Origin: Lama guanicoe
Lineage: Eukaryota
Direction of reading: 5' to 3'
Assembly: GCA_013239625.1 (NCBI GenBank)
Contig: MU053559.1
Coordinates: forward strand, 1,843,205 to 1,907,204
Length of the DNA stretch: 64,000 nt
Positions within the stretch are counted from its first letter, which is position 1, and each line of letters opens with the position of its first letter. Under the pieces are notes generated by a model. That model was not told where the DNA came from. It made no database searches and was given only the letters and a program-made list of their open reading frames with translations. The translations under genes were made by a program, and so were the position numbers. This document shows positions 50,685 through 64,000 of this stretch, in pieces.

Positions 50685-50899
50685 CTTTTTTTTTTTTAAT
50701 TGAAGTATATAGTCAATTACAATGTGTCAATTTCTGGTGTACAGCATAGTGTCCCAACCACATGTATATATACATACATTCGTTTTCATATTCTTTTTCA
50801 CTAAAGGTTACCACAGGATATTGATACAGTTCCCTGTGCTATACGGAAGAAATTTGTTTTTTGTCTATTTATATATATATAGTAGTTAATATTTGCAAA
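50685..50899 (-). mobile_element. LINE-1 3' UTR insertion
   Basis: poly-T then aattgaagtata...; TSD tagttgtt at 50677-50684 and 50900-50907. Confidence 0.88.
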
Positions 50900-51652
50900 T
50901 AGTTGTTTTTTTTTTGCAGGTTAGACAGGGGCTCTGGAGGGTGCAGGGCCTTGGACAGAACCCCAGACTTCTATTTGCTATACGGAAGCAGTGGCTTGCA
51001 CAGCAGATATCCTAGGGCAAAAAGAGAATCTCAGTGTAATAGCTTAGCCCTTGCATGAATATATCTCAGAGGAGAATTTCTGACGCAGTGATAACATGGT
51101 GGAAATTTATTTTACTTTGTATGTATTGATGTAACTGACTTTATGAAACATGCTCTGATGAACAATGCCGATGGGTGAAAGATGGTTCATGGCTGCACTT
51201 TGAATTAGTTTTTTGATGTCCATTTCCTTTACATCCTCCCTAAACAAGAGTTCTGACTCGAATTTCATGCGACCTAACTTCTCTCATTTATTTAAAGTTG
51301 GGTCTCTATAGGAATAATCAATCTTTCTTGATTCTATGTAAAATCAATGCACATTGTGAGTATAGATGATGGGAGAATGGTTTATAGGGAATCTTCAAAG
51401 GAAACTGTAGCATCTGCTCCTTCTCCCATGCAGATGTATTTGAAAAATAATAGAACAATGACATAATAATACCTCTCCTTTCTATAGCACTTTTGAATCA
51501 AAAGAAGTTACTGTCTCCATTTCACATATACATAAAGAGTGAAGATCAATAACTTCCCATTAAGAAAAATAGATCTGGCCAAATATCTGAAACTAGATAT
51601 GTGAATGAGAAGAGAATTATCGGAGCAGAACACTGGGTAACAATGCCAGTGC

Positions 51653-51654
51653 CG

Positions 51655-51686
<32 letters not shown>

Positions 51687-51712
51687 GACGATGATAACGA
51701 CGATGATGATGA
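51653..51712. repeat. (GAT)n trinucleotide microsatellite, interrupted
   Basis: Read directly from the sequence. Confidence 0.92.
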
Positions 51713-51919
51713 TTTTGGAAGAGTGTTGGAATGAGAGGGACCTTGCTGGATGTGTAATGTAGATCTTGAATCAAAAAAATCTTTCTTTTCATTTTAGATA
51801 ACTTCTAGTAGACTGAGATGGAAAGTCATCTCCCACTTGGTAAAGATAAATTCAAAGGGGCAAACTGAGTTTTATTAATCTAACCCCAAACATTTCTTAC
51901 AAAAAATATTTCACGGTAA

Positions 51920-52050
51920 TGTAGGGGAGGAAAAATTCTTCCTCCCCCTCTACCCTCCTAGGTTCAATGGCCGGGGCCTGAATCAGATGGATAAAATACC
52001 AATTAACAAGAGAGAAAAACAATTTTAATTACATGTGTACACGTGAGAAA
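51920..52050 (-). mobile_element. MER34-like LTR 3' fragment
   Basis: Reverse-complement similarity to the 3' end of the LTR at 55454-55984 (cctctaccctcctaggttc). Confidence 0.65.
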
Positions 52051-52597
52051 TTTGGTTAAATTGAGAGCCCAACTTGGGCCAGAGGTTAGATTTTTAGATT
52101 GAACTTGAATGCCTTCATTTTGAATTCACTTATTCCTGGAATTGTGTGACTTTGATCTTTTTAAAAAATAAAATACTCTCTTAAAGGCTCAAAAGAATTT
52201 TGTCAGAGGAGATCAGTAAGCAACTCTTAAAACCTTTTTGAAGTGGAAATGATTCAAACTACCTAATATTTCACCCATCAGGGGAGAGGGTTTGGTGAGG
52301 TTCACCCTAGGGGTTGTCTTTGACTGTGCCCTTAATGTTGATAACAGCTGGGAATTTAACCTAAAGGTATTTGAGCATAATGTGTGTGTATGGGAAGAGT
52401 CAATATTTGTTAACTTTAGATAACACAATTGAGAAAGACTGGAGGTGGAAAAAAGGTGTGTGTGTGTGTGTGTGTGTATGTTTACATGTATGCAGGATGC
52501 TTCTGTTTCCAGTCTGATACTAGTTTGAGGAAATCAACTTGATCTGTGGAGAAGCTGGAGAGGAGGGTGGTAGTTAAAGCACTCCTATTTTCTTAAA

Positions 52598-52677
52598 AAA
52601 ATTTTTTTTCATTGAAGTATAGGTGATTTACAATGTTGTGTTAGTTTCAGGTGTACAGCAAAGTCATTCAGAGATAG

Positions 52678-52710
<33 letters not shown>

Positions 52711-53206
52711 AAAGAAATATATATGTAAAAGAATATATTCTTTTTCAGATTCTTTTCCATTATAGGTTATTTTAAGATATTGAATATAGTTCCCTGTGTT
52801 ATACAGTAAGTCCTTGTTGTTTATCTATTTTATATATACTAGTATGTATATGTTAATCCCAAACTCCTACTTTATCCCTCCCTCCCTTTCCCCTTGGGTA
52901 ACTATTGTTTGTTTTCTATGTCTGTGAGCCTATTTCTGGTTTGTAAATAAGTTCGTTTGTATCATTTTTTTGGATTCCACATATAAGCGATATCATATAA
53001 TATTTGTCTTTCTCTGTCTGACTTACTTCACTTAATATGATAATCTCTAGGTCCATCCATGTTGCTACAAATGGCATTATTTTATTCTTTTTTTAATTGA
53101 AGTTATTTCATTCTTTTTTATGTCTGAGCAGTATTCCACTGTATATATATATTCCATATATATATATACCACATCTTTATCTATTCATCTGTTGATGGAC
53201 ATCTAG
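52598..53206 (-). mobile_element. LINE-1 3' end insertion
   Basis: Flanking repeat gttaaagca(c/t)tcctattttcttaaa at 52573-52597 and 53207-53231 (24/25). Confidence 0.92.
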
Positions 53207-53714
53207 GTTAAAGCATTCCTATTTTCTTAAATGCCTTGAGGACTGGTGTGAACCAGTCCTTGCACATTCTTAGGGACAGAGAGATCAACAACTTGATAGT
53301 TTTATATTTAGGAAATCCTTTTATGTCTTGGTTTGGTAACAGCTTAGTAGTAACTCCAAGTGTTTTATGTTTGAACTGTTTGAAAATAGAACCTGATGGC
53401 ATAGGGACTATCTCTGAAGGTTTCCAAGGGAAGGATAGACTCCTATCTCATAGGAATAGTGTCTGCAACATGCTTTGTGGATGTGGGCCAAATCAGAGTT
53501 TCAAGATATATCTAAAGTGGCCTACCAGATCCTCTTCTACTCATGTTCTCAAGAGAGAAGGACAGGGCTGGAGAAGGCTTTGCTTGGGAATCCCTTATTG
53601 GAATTCAGATATTCTGGGAACTTGTCACACTTTCAAGTCTGATCAGTTAACAGGGACTAATGAGATTGACACCAGAATGGGTGGGGTGGGAACCCAGGGG
53701 CAAAAAGGGGGTGA

Positions 53715-54201
53715 TGTCAGTGATGGGCTTGTGTTGCCAACTAAGGAATGTCACTAGCCATCTGGCTCTACCAAGGGTTGAGTCATTAGCCACTACAGTT
53801 GCTGTCCTTTAACACACCCTGAAAGTTTAGGGTGGACTGTGGTGCTCTGTGCTCTGGGAAAACTGACAGAACAGGCCTTCAGATGGTTAGATATTTTCAG
53901 GAGATAATTTTTTTTTTAACCAACCTGGGTTCTTGCATCTTTCCACACTTAGAAAAGCACTAAAACCATTAACTAAGATGTCTCTTTCTTGTGACTAGCT
54001 GCAACCTTCTACCAAGTTGTGTGCTTGGTTGCACCTACCCCCTTTGCCACAATCACATACATACTGACCTCCCCCCTTAGCTCTACGGAACTGTTTCTCA
54101 GAGCTACCTGAGAAGTTGTCTCCCAGGCTGTGGTTCTCAGTAAGACACTGAATACACTCAACTCACAACTTTTATGTTGCACTTTCCTCTTTCAGTCGAT
54201 A
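53715..54201 (+). mobile_element. ERV1-class solo LTR
   Basis: tgtcagtg...tcagtcgata ends; imperfect 4-bp flanks gtga/gtgt; U3-R-U5-like composition. Confidence 0.7.
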
Positions 54202-55453
54202 GTGTCAAAAGGTAGCCTTTGACCAAAGTTTGGCCTGGAGCCCTCTCCTTCACCCCAGATGCAGCAAGCCCTACATGATGGTTGGGGAAGGTTTGGATAG
54301 GATTCAGGTTACTTAGACTAGATACTGGCTCCATTGTGGTGTGATCTTGAAGAAACTTTTTTTTGTTTTATATTGTATAGAATAAATACCTCCCTGATAC
54401 CATATTCTTTTGACATTTCTCTCCTGTGTCTAACAGCTACATAATGTGTTTTCCCCCTCGAGGAGGTGGTACTGGAGGACTCATTTTCCTCATGCCTCCT
54501 CTTATCTCTCTTCCTGCTCTCAAAACTCCATTGAGTCAGCCTCCACGAAGGAGATCATTCCAGGATGGATGATCTGCGGTGCATGTACTGCTGGTGAACC
54601 AGGGAGTTAGTAGATGAGGAACTTGGTCTATGGAGTCAAACGGAGCTGGATCAAAAGTTTAGCTCTGTGCTTCCAGGGTCTGTAACATCAGGCACCCCTG
54701 TGTTAGTCAGGATTAAGACAACAAAACAGAAATTACTCTCGGTATTTCTATCAGTAAGGGTGATCACACAGAGTCTTGGGTGCTTATATGACTGTTGAAA
54801 GGGCTGGAGGAGCAAAGGTCAGGGGAAGCCACTGCTGGCTCTTAAGTTCATTGCTAGCTTTCAGAGACTCAGGAAGTTGCCTCAGCTGTTCAGGAAAGGA
54901 GTTGCAGGAGACTGCCACCAGTGGTCACAGCTGCCAGTGGCAGCATCAGGGAGGGTGATTAGCAAAGAAACACCTGGAGGCTAATAAAAAAAAATCATAT
55001 CTGTTGACACATGTAGGTCTACCTGCTGGTGCCTTTTCTTCACCTTCCAAATTTTGTACATATCCATTTCATTAGGGGAATCTAAAATGAATCCAGAATC
55101 CTGTTGGCCAGGAAATGTAGTTCCCAGATTTCTAAGCCCTGAAAACCAGGTGAGGCACAGAAGGAAGTACAAAGCACACTGAGCGCCAGCACAGTCTTAA
55201 GTCCAGCACAACAAGGCATTATGTCCCTGAGCCTGTGTCATCATCGGTAAAATAAAGATCATAATATTCACAACTGCAGCTATCACACAAAAATGTATGC
55301 AAAGTAACTGGGATACAAACCTCAAAAACCATTTGTCCCTTTCCCTCCACTGGAAAAAATCATCGTATGATCACAGAAAACCAAAGCACTTTTTAAAAGA
55401 AAAACAAAAAAAGAACTTTTGTGCTACTTAATTTTTAAAAAATATAAGAATAA

Positions 55454-55984
55454 TGGAGGCATTCAGAGTATGCTGCCCCAAAACATGCTACTCTGGCTTA
55501 AAGGTTATTTTGAGATAAAGGCAATTGAGAAGAAGCAGACACAAGAAAAACTCTTTGCCCTCTCCTTCTCTACCAGGAAGGGCAGAAAGATTCTTAATCC
55601 CTGGAGACAACTCTAGACTCTTACCAGCCCAGAGTGGGCGCCAGAGGAATCTATATAACAAACTTTACTAACTAGCCCTTATTTTCCATTAGTTTCCCCA
55701 CATCCCTTCCCACCATTTGCTGCTCCCCCAAACTCAAAGTCCTCTCCTTTGTCTTGTCACTTCTCTAAAATGTTCTTTTGTTAATATGATATATAAGCCA
55801 GAGTTCTAACCACCCCTGTGAGTTACTCATCACTGAATAGTTCTGTGTATATGCACAATGTACATGTTAATAAACTCTGTTTATTATCTCTTATTAATCT
55901 ATCATCTGTCAGTCAAATCTGCAGGGCCCCAACACAAGAACCTAGGAGGGTAGAGGAAAAAAGTTAAGTTTTTCCTGCCCTACA
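55454..55984 (+). mobile_element. MER34-like ERV1 solo LTR
   Basis: TG...CA; gctgccccaaaacatgctactctggc...ttattttgagataaaggcaattgagaa; 4-bp TSD ataa at 55450-55453 and 55985-55988. Confidence 0.85.
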
Positions 55985-56025
55985 ATAAAAAATGGTGATT
56001 GTAAAAATTTTGAAAATACCATGAA

Positions 56026-56166
56026 ACTGTATTCAGTATCTTGTAATAACCTTTAATGAAAAAGACTGTGAAAATGAATAGATGTATGTATATGCATGAC
56101 TGGGACATTGTGCTGTACATGAGAAATTGACACATTGTAACTGACTGTGCTTCAATTTAAAAAAAA
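56026..56166 (+). mobile_element. Short LINE-1 3' tip
   Basis: gaaattgacacattgtaactgactgtgcttcaatt + poly(A); gaaaatac on both flanks. Confidence 0.85.
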
Positions 56167-56173
56167 GAAAATA

Positions 56174-57680
56174 CTGTCAAAGACAGAATGCACAGGACAA
56201 TTAAGGAGTTGATTTTATTTAGGCTATGGCAATAGGGAGAATGTTCATTAACTAAGATCATCCCAAAGAAGAAAGAGAATGTCTGAAGTTTTATACAGGC
56301 ATGTAAACAGGGGAGTCATGGGGCAGGCTGGACAGGGAGTCTTATGGGAGTCATGAAGGAGCCATGAGGAATGTGGAGGTGAGTATTATCTCTGAATACC
56401 AAGGGCAGATGGTCCTTTGCATTTATTCTTTCCTGGAAAGGGATGGAGAATTTCTTAACTAAAGTTGCTACTTTCTAGGAGAACAGGATTCAGATAAAAT
56501 TCAATGCGGTCAATCTTCACTTTTGTTCAAGACAGATATCATGAGTCACTTAACAACTCAGAGGTGATCATAAACCTCCTGAATGGAGGATGCAGGATCT
56601 AAGAAATAGTCTTTCCACAACTCTTGTTGGCATTATTCCTGTGAAACCAGTAAAACCATCTGTTGAGAGTTGCTGGAAAAGATAAGTTGTTTTAGGATCC
56701 TGGAGACCAGGTATTTCCAAAGAGGGTTGTCTGAAATGAAAAGGAGAAACACTGATATCAAAATAAAAAGTTATGTTGAAGAGTCAGGAGCCAAACACTG
56801 AGGGTAGCCAGTCCGCTAGATTCCAAGAAATGGGTGAAGGAAAATCTTTACCTCAGGAGTCAGGAGAATTGCAGATACTTGACAGATTTCTTTGTTGGCA
56901 TCTCAAATATGATTATGGACAGTGAAGTTGTCAGAGAAGTTTGGGGGAACAAATCTATAGTAGTTGCTTCCACCTACTGTGCATGCACCCTCTCTGGAAG
57001 TCAGAATTAGGTGAACACCAGTTGGCTAGGAGCACAGCTCACTGACTTTCTTGAAGCTCTCAAGTTGGTATGTTCATGCTCTTGGTCATGTCGTCCACAG
57101 TCTTGGTTACCTTGCATGTAAGTGAGCATTTCACTGGACTTCCTTAGTGGTCCAGACAGTGGCTTATCCACGCAGAATTCCAGCCCATGCCTGGTCTGCT
57201 GTGATAGTGAGTCCTTCGAGGTTTATATGGAGCCTTTGTGATTCAGCTTGCAAGGTTTCTTCAGGGGAAGAGACCAGCTGCAAGGGAGCCCAGAGTCTCA
57301 ACAGGGATCTGGGTAGTCAGGTTTTAGTTCTTGGTGATTGAGTCAGGCAGGAGGGGAAAAGTTGGATATATTAGTTTGGAGGGTTGTAGCCAGATTTTGA
57401 AGAAAACTGAAAGAATTGACAATTTGTTAAGAATGGACAATTTGGGCAAAGTAACAGGATCCAATCCAATTTGCAGGTAAGAACTGAAACTGATTTTTCT
57501 AGAGGGAGAGGAAGTCAATTAAATCTCCATCAGACAAGATAGAGTTTGTGTATTTACCTGTAATTTACAAAGAGATACAAAGTAGTTCAAAGACAATGAA
57601 CAAGACCAGAATCTGATAACCCAGAAGGTTGTGCTATAAAAGATGCAGAGTTCTCCACTGAAACAAAATTTTTCTCTGCA
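56174..57680 (-). mobile_element. Degenerate ERV1 (MER4-group-like) LTR/internal sequence
   Basis: Resembles recalled MER4-group internal sequence; no intact ORF; family uncertain. Confidence 0.5.
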
Positions 57681-58190
57681 ATACTAAAAAGTGTTCACAT
57701 ACAAATTCTGTGAACATTTGTTATATAGTTGAGACTGTAATGAATATTCAATTCAGTATTTTGGTTTATTTTTATATGCTTTTTCCCCTCAATTAAGAAT
57801 AAATTCTTTAGAAGGGGAAAAAATGTTATGTATGTCTAAAATGGCACATCACTCTGAAAACAGAATCTATTTTCAATGTCAAAAAGTTAGGAAACTTCAA
57901 AAATCAACAGGATATAAACTGGGAAAGAGAAAGGAAGGAAATGATACTACAAAATGCCAAATATCCAAATATTTATGTACTGGACACTCACAAGTGAGTT
58001 TTCACATATTTATTTTTGCATCCCTCCAGCAGGGACATAGTCATCAGCACTGAGAAGCCCTTTATTGAAGTACAGGAATGAGTGTGTTTTGATCCTAATT
58101 GGAAACAGAGTTTTGTCTGCCTCAGTGAAAGGAGAAGCTGAAGAAACACAGCAACCATTGTTCCTGCTAATATGATGTTATGATTCAATA

Positions 58191-58936
58191 CAGGGTTGGA
58201 AAACTATGCCCCATGGGCCAAATCCAGCTTTCAGGGAGAAAAAACCTTTTCCTCTACCCTCTTAGGTTCAGTGCTTAGAGACCTGCAAATTAAACTGACG
58301 AAAGACAGATTAGCAAGAAAAAAGACTGATTTTTATTTGTATAGTACTCAGTAGTTCATAGAAAAAAAGCGACTCAAAGGAGGTGGTTAGAATTTGAAGC
58401 TTGTATATCATCATCCCCTAGGGAATGGGGAGGGGCAGAGAGGCATCTGGCAGGACAAATGATTTCTTAGAGAAGGGTTGGGGGGCAGAGAAACGGTACT
58501 AATGGAAACAGATGACTTTTTGGAAAGATAAATGGGCTCTTAGGAGAATTGATGTGATATACAATAGTTTGTGACACTGTCTGAGTGTGATGTCAACTCT
58601 TCCTCGCCTAGAAAAGAGACGATTAAAGTTGATCCAGGGGAGAGATTTGTGACAATTGAGTTCTTGTGGGAGGCTCTGCTTTTAGGCTGATGAAGAATTT
58701 CTGGAACTCAAATGCCTTCAGCTCAAAATAATTTTTATGCCCGGGTGATATCCTGGTCTCTTTCATGGCCCACTGCCTGCTTTTATAAATAAAGTTTTAT
58801 TGGAATATAGTCATGACCATTTGTTTCTATATTGTCTATGGCTGCTTTTGCCAGCAGAGTAACAGAGATCGTCTGGTTCACAAAGCCTAAAATATTTACT
58901 ATCTGGCTCTTTTCAGAAGAAGTTTACCATTCCCTG
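58191..58936. mobile_element. MER58A hAT element split by a MER34-like LTR (minus, ~58231-58765)
   Basis: TIR-like ends cagggttggaaaact / agtttaccattccctg; MER58 body aataaagttttattggaa...aaagcctaaaatatttactatctggc; the insert is reverse-similar to 55454-55984. Confidence 0.85.
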
Positions 58937-60559
58937 ATTTGAAAAAAGAATATATATTTATTTTTTCCCCATGTTTTGTTCCTGAAGATAAAAAGTCTTG
59001 TACAGATTGAAAAAAAAACCAAACCACCTTTACATAGGAATGTATTGTGTGGCCTAGCTATTGTTAGTAAACTTCAGTTTAATACATAATTTTTGTTTTA
59101 CAAGCTCCTACTATGTGCCAGGCTCCATGCTTGAAACCCATCCATTACCTCTGCTCTCTGGGGGCTTTGCTAACAGGAGCAAGAGGCTGGAGTGCCTGTT
59201 ATCTGAGGCAGCCAGCGGAAGTGTTAGTGCAGAGAAGAGCCCAACAAGGGAAGAGCAGACATAGTTGAGGGACAGTATCTGTGACGGTCATCAGGGAAGG
59301 ATTTTGGAGGAGGAATGATTGAAGTGATGTCTGGAGGGAGCTGATAGTGCACAGGCAGGTAAGGATGGGAGAAAAGAACAGGGGGGACATCATCCCCTCA
59401 CTCATTCTTTTAACAAATATTTATAGTACACCAAAGTTTGCATTTTCACAGAACTTACAGTGTTTTGAAGCCAAAGGGGGAAAAAAAAAGCCATGGTAGG
59501 AGAATGCAAGGTGTTTTAGAAGCTATTGCATTGTCTTCTCTGACTCCAGACTAGGGTGCAGGAGATAGGACATCGGGAAGCCATCTTGTCTGGAAAAATA
59601 AACAGTGATCAGATCATGGGAGGCCTTTAATGCGAAACTCCTGAGAACTGTGTCTTGTTTTGCATTTTGTTTTGTATCGTCTTACTTGCTTCTGGTTTGG
59701 CAGTAGGGAATCACTGGAGGTTTTGAAGATGAATCACTGTGTGCTTTATGTGAATATACTGATGTGCTTTGGAAGATAAAACTCTGACTTAATAGAAGAG
59801 TAGGAAGAACTGGGAACAGAGAAAGAAGTCATTTCAGAGGCAAGAGTTAAGAAGGATCTGAACTAGGATATAGGTTGTTGCACCAGACGGGGAGCAGGAA
59901 GAAAATGATTGCAGAGATAGAATTATAGTAATTAGCAAACTGACAGACTATAGAGCGGTTCAGATGTTTTAAGCAGATAGAAAAGTTGTTGCTATTAAAG
60001 AGACTGGAAGCACAGGAGGGGGAGGTTGAGGTGTGGGTTATAATAGATTACTTCTCTGCTTCCTTCTGCCAAAGAACAGTCTAGAACTTCACAGGTTCAA
60101 GATGCAAGCTTCATCTGGATAAGTCCACAAAACTAATTATTAAAAAAAAAAGTGATTCTAACTGGCTATTCCCAGCTCTGGTTTTGAGACTTCCCAGTCT
60201 AAAAAAATAACTGTAAGCACTGTCATGCTATCTTTAACAGTTTGGAAACCTATATTTTTTCCATTTTAATTTAAAACAAAAATATCAGCTCTACAACACT
60301 TTGAGGAATGGGATATGTTAGCAAATAAAAATTATAGCACTCGAGTCTTAGGACATGGTAAATGAATGTCAGATTGACCGTGAATTTTATTTTTCATATT
60401 GATATTTTGCCTCTGTCTAGACTAGAGAGAGCTTCTGTGATTTTTACAATGACAGTTTCCATGCTGGATGAGTTAATCATGGCATTGTCCTTTGAATGTC
60501 TGGGAAAGAAGAGGCTGTAAAACCCAGGGAGTGAAGAGTCAGTCTCAACACAAGGAGGC

Positions 60560-60810
60560 AGAGTTGCTTAAAGGAAGGAGTCAGATTTGAGCTGACACTT
60601 GACTGTCACTTGCTAGTTGTATTGGCCTCCATAAAGCTAGATTGACAGGTTAGTTAGTCTCTTGCTGCCTCTGCCTCCTCATTTTAAGATGGAAATAAAA
60701 ATACCTATTTCAGATGGTTGCTATGAGAGTGAAATGATCAAATGCAGGTATAAAGTAGCCGGTGTGGGGCCTGACCTTGGTCAACACCAAGGTCTGGTTA
60801 TATTTCTGTT
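60560..60810 (+). mobile_element. MIR SINE remnant
   Basis: ctcattttaagatggaaataaaaatacctatttcagatggttgctatgagagtgaaatga core. Confidence 0.65.
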
Positions 60811-61394
60811 GGATGTGCTCAGCGCTCAGTCCGGGAGCAGGGCTGCTGTTTTCACAGGCTGGTACTCTGTGTGTCTCTGCTCAGTCGATCCAGAGGCTTC
60901 CCATTTTTTTTCTTTCCCTGCACCTCATCCATGTAGTGAAGCAGGATCTTTGTGTGAAAGCAGGGAATTCCTTTTAGAGACGTTACCCTTTATATTTTCT
61001 TTTTCTCCTTGAAGGATACCGTGTTAGTTCTGTCGCTTTTGGGGAAATTGTTTAGGTAAGGGAAAGAGAGATTTTTTTTTCCTTAACAAGTTTGACTTTT
61101 TTGCTTCCCAGTAGAGGTCTGTTCCCATATTTTCCAAGTATTATAGCTAATCACTCTTAATTCAGCTCGGATATTCAGAAGGTGAATTTGAGGCTCATGT
61201 CAGGATGAGATAGCTAATGATTGATGTTTTATAAAAGTCAGTGGTGAGTTTATGTGTCTTCCCTATGGATATTGTCACAATTTGAATATGACCATCTCCT
61301 CCCACTGTCTCTTTTGACCTTGGAAGTTTTAAGAGTATTTATACCACCAGGTGATGTAAAAAGCCATGCTTTCTACATTCCACAAGAACATTGG

Positions 61395-61860
61395 TGTATT
61401 CAGGATTCTCCAGAGAAGTAGAACCAATAGGATCTACAGATAGATAGACATCAGAGAATATTTATTATAGGAATTGACTCATGTAGTTATGGAAGCTGAG
61501 AAGTTCCCTAATGTGCCATCTGCAAGCTGGAGAACCAGGAAACCTGGTGGTATAATTCAGTCTGAGTCCAAAGGTCTGAGAACCAGGGACACCGATGTCT
61601 AAGGGCAGGAGAAGATGGATATCTTAGCTCAAGCAGTGACAGCGAACCTGCTCTTCCGCCCCCCTTTTTTTTTCTATCAGGCCTTCAATGGATTGGATCA
61701 TGCCCACCCCACTGGTGAGGGGGATTTTCTTGACTCAGTCTCTTGATTCAACTGCCAAACTCTTCCAGAAACCCTTTCACGGACACACCCAGAAATAATG
61801 CTTTGCCAGCGATCTGGGCATCCCTTAGCCCAGTCTAACTAACAATCGCAACTGGCCATC
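61395..61860 (-). mobile_element. MLT2-like ERVL LTR
   Basis: ttctccagagaagtagaaccaatagg ... cacacccagaaataatgctttgccagcgatctgggcatcccttagcccagtc. Confidence 0.88.
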
Positions 61861-63824
61861 TATCTGAAGGACTTTCAACTTTCAGTTGTGTGTTTGTGGG
61901 GGAAAAAGAAATCTCTTAAACCAAGTTTCCAATAGCCAATATAGAAGACAAGACCTTTCCTCATCCCCTCACCACTTCCATGAGCACAGACAAAGTGGTG
62001 GTAAAGTAGGTAAGAAAAGCTACCTGTCTGTGAGGTTGTTTTTAACTGTGCTCCCTTCTAGTTCCTTGGGTTCTTTTGGCCTGGTTCCTGTGGGATTTGG
62101 GAATTTGTGAAGAAACATGCTGGGGCTGGCTATTTGCTCTGGCCAGGTCCTTGTACTCTTGGCCTTGTCCTATGAGGAATGTGGAGGGCAGATTGAGGAC
62201 TGTGACCCTAAAACTCATGTCACTGAGAGCTGGATAACTCTGATCCAAGCCAAAAGCTTAGAAGGAAAAAAGGACTCTGAATGCTAGAATTCTGTCTTAA
62301 GTTAAAATTGATCATCTTTCCACAACTGGAGAAATAATTGACATAAAACAGTCACATAAGTGTCTGTTGACTATCAAAATTGTTTCCTCCTTATCTATCA
62401 CGTTTTCAGAGAACTGGAAAATTCTACCATTCTGGACAGTATTGACCTTTGTGATAAAGAGATAAAAAGAGATGTGTCTAGAACGAGATCTCGAAGGGTT
62501 TTCATGTCTTATGCCTCTTTTGAATTCAGAGCACCATATGTTTAAGGATGATTAGCTGCAAGGGGAAAGTTGAAAACTTTGCTCCTTGCCCATCTCTATT
62601 TCTGTCCTGTTTTGAACATGCTCTTAACTAGGGGTTCTTGGTACAACTAGGGGCAGAAAGCAGCTCTGCTCATTCTCACTTGTATTAATTAAGGCCTGTT
62701 CAGCTTTTATACAGTTTTCATAACTGGGTTTTGGGACCGACATTAGCTGGTCTATTGTAGCAATTGTATGTATTAATTTTCTCTTCCAGCTTAATTTCAT
62801 TTGCATTTTTTCCTCTCTCATGAGTATTCTTTCAGGATAACATCTCTAAAAACTCCTTCGATTCCCAGGTACCTTTGTGTGAATTCACTAAACCTGTGTT
62901 TAACTCAACAAAACACTTCAGCTCATTTGTTTAACTATATGACAATAGCTTTTCTCTTTCTTAGTTAGAAATAATTCTCTTCTCATCGCTTTCATTTAGT
63001 ATCAAACTTTCTTATTTATTTCTGTGTTACTATGTAAGGGCCTAATTAATGACCCACACAAAGTTATTCATGGGAGTGAAGAAACTCACCTCGTCTAAGA
63101 GATCTTTAGTGGAGGAAAATGTGCTGTCTTCCCCACAGGCAGTCATGGTTTGCACATATTGGTTTAAGTTCCCTCAGATCTAGTCTTCTTGTTTCATTTT
63201 AAATTTGAGTTTTTACAGTTTATAAACAATCATCGCAACTCACGCATACATAACACATTTGTATGTACCCACACAACACAAACCAGCTTATCTGGTTAAT
63301 GAGATTAAGCAACTGATGGTTAGGTTTTTCAAAGGTGAGTCAGTTGTCTGACAGTTAGTGGGGGAAAAAGCTATTATATGATCAGTTTGTTGCTCAAAGC
63401 GAGGCATGAGGGAGTGGGTTCCACAAGTCCACAGCAGCTATCCTGACTCTTGCTGATACATGTCACAGATTTCAGCAGAAGAAAACCTTTACTCAAAGAC
63501 ACTGTGATAATGCCTCAAACAAACTGTGGAATGATGGTTCTGGGAACTAGAAATAGATATGTTCTCCTTGTAGTCATTTATTACTCTCACAGAAACAATA
63601 TATTCAGTAGTTAATTGAGTGCATAAATCCTTATTTGTGGAAGACAATATAAAGCAGTCTTTCAAAAGAAGCATTTTCAAAAACCTAAAAGGTCAACACT
63701 TGTAATAAAAGGGAGCAATGCTAAAATCCACTGCACATATTTTTGTAGATACTTGGCTTAACTATTGACATCTTGGACCACTAAATATAGAGAACAGTGT
63801 TATTGATTGAGATCATATTAAAAT

Positions 63825-64000
63825 TTTTTTATTGAAGTATAGTTGATTTAGAATGTTGTGTTAGTTTTTGGTGTACAGCATAGTGATTCAGTTATACATA
63901 TATATATATTCTTTTTCATTATAAATTATTACAGGATATTGAATATAATTCCCTGTGCTATACAGTAGGACCTTGTTGTTTATCTCTTTTATATATATTA
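63825..64000 (-). mobile_element. LINE-1 3' UTR, cut by the window edge
   Basis: ttttattgaagtatagttgatttagaatgttgtg motif. Confidence 0.9.

Noticed and set aside
51508..51792. Poly-histidine protein ORF
   Set aside because: The His run is just the (GAT)n microsatellite read on the minus strand.
53236..53757. 173-aa ORF
   Set aside because: Non-ATG start, no recognisable domain, ends inside an LTR.

Overview
Mammalian genomic DNA, most likely a camelid, inferred from seven tRNA-Ala-derived Vic-1-type SINEs and lineage-young L1 3' ends. One protein-coding gene is supported, on the minus strand: a KRAB-domain gene of the X-linked KRBOX4/ZNF674 family. It has a CpG-island promoter (~24.1-24.9 kb), two 5'UTR exons, a start exon (MALSQ), a 127-bp KRAB-A exon and a 99-bp KRAB-B exon. 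I found no terminal or zinc-finger exon in the remaining 19 kb, which is almost solid L1. The rest of the window is transposon-derived (L1, L2, MIR, MaLR/ERV LTRs, hAT DNA elements), plus a truncated U2 snRNA pseudogene. I see no evidence of a wholly new biological system. The best leads are: a KRAB box with the TRIM28-binding MLE motif changed to TLE inside a locally GC-shifted tract (possible GC-biased gene conversion); a strong-Kozak uORF; a retroelement strand flip across the promoter suggesting a divergent transcript; and an L1 3' transduction with a 38-bp target-site duplication (TSD). Repeat subfamily names and human protein comparisons are from memory, not from a search. Repeat boundaries without a TSD are approximate.
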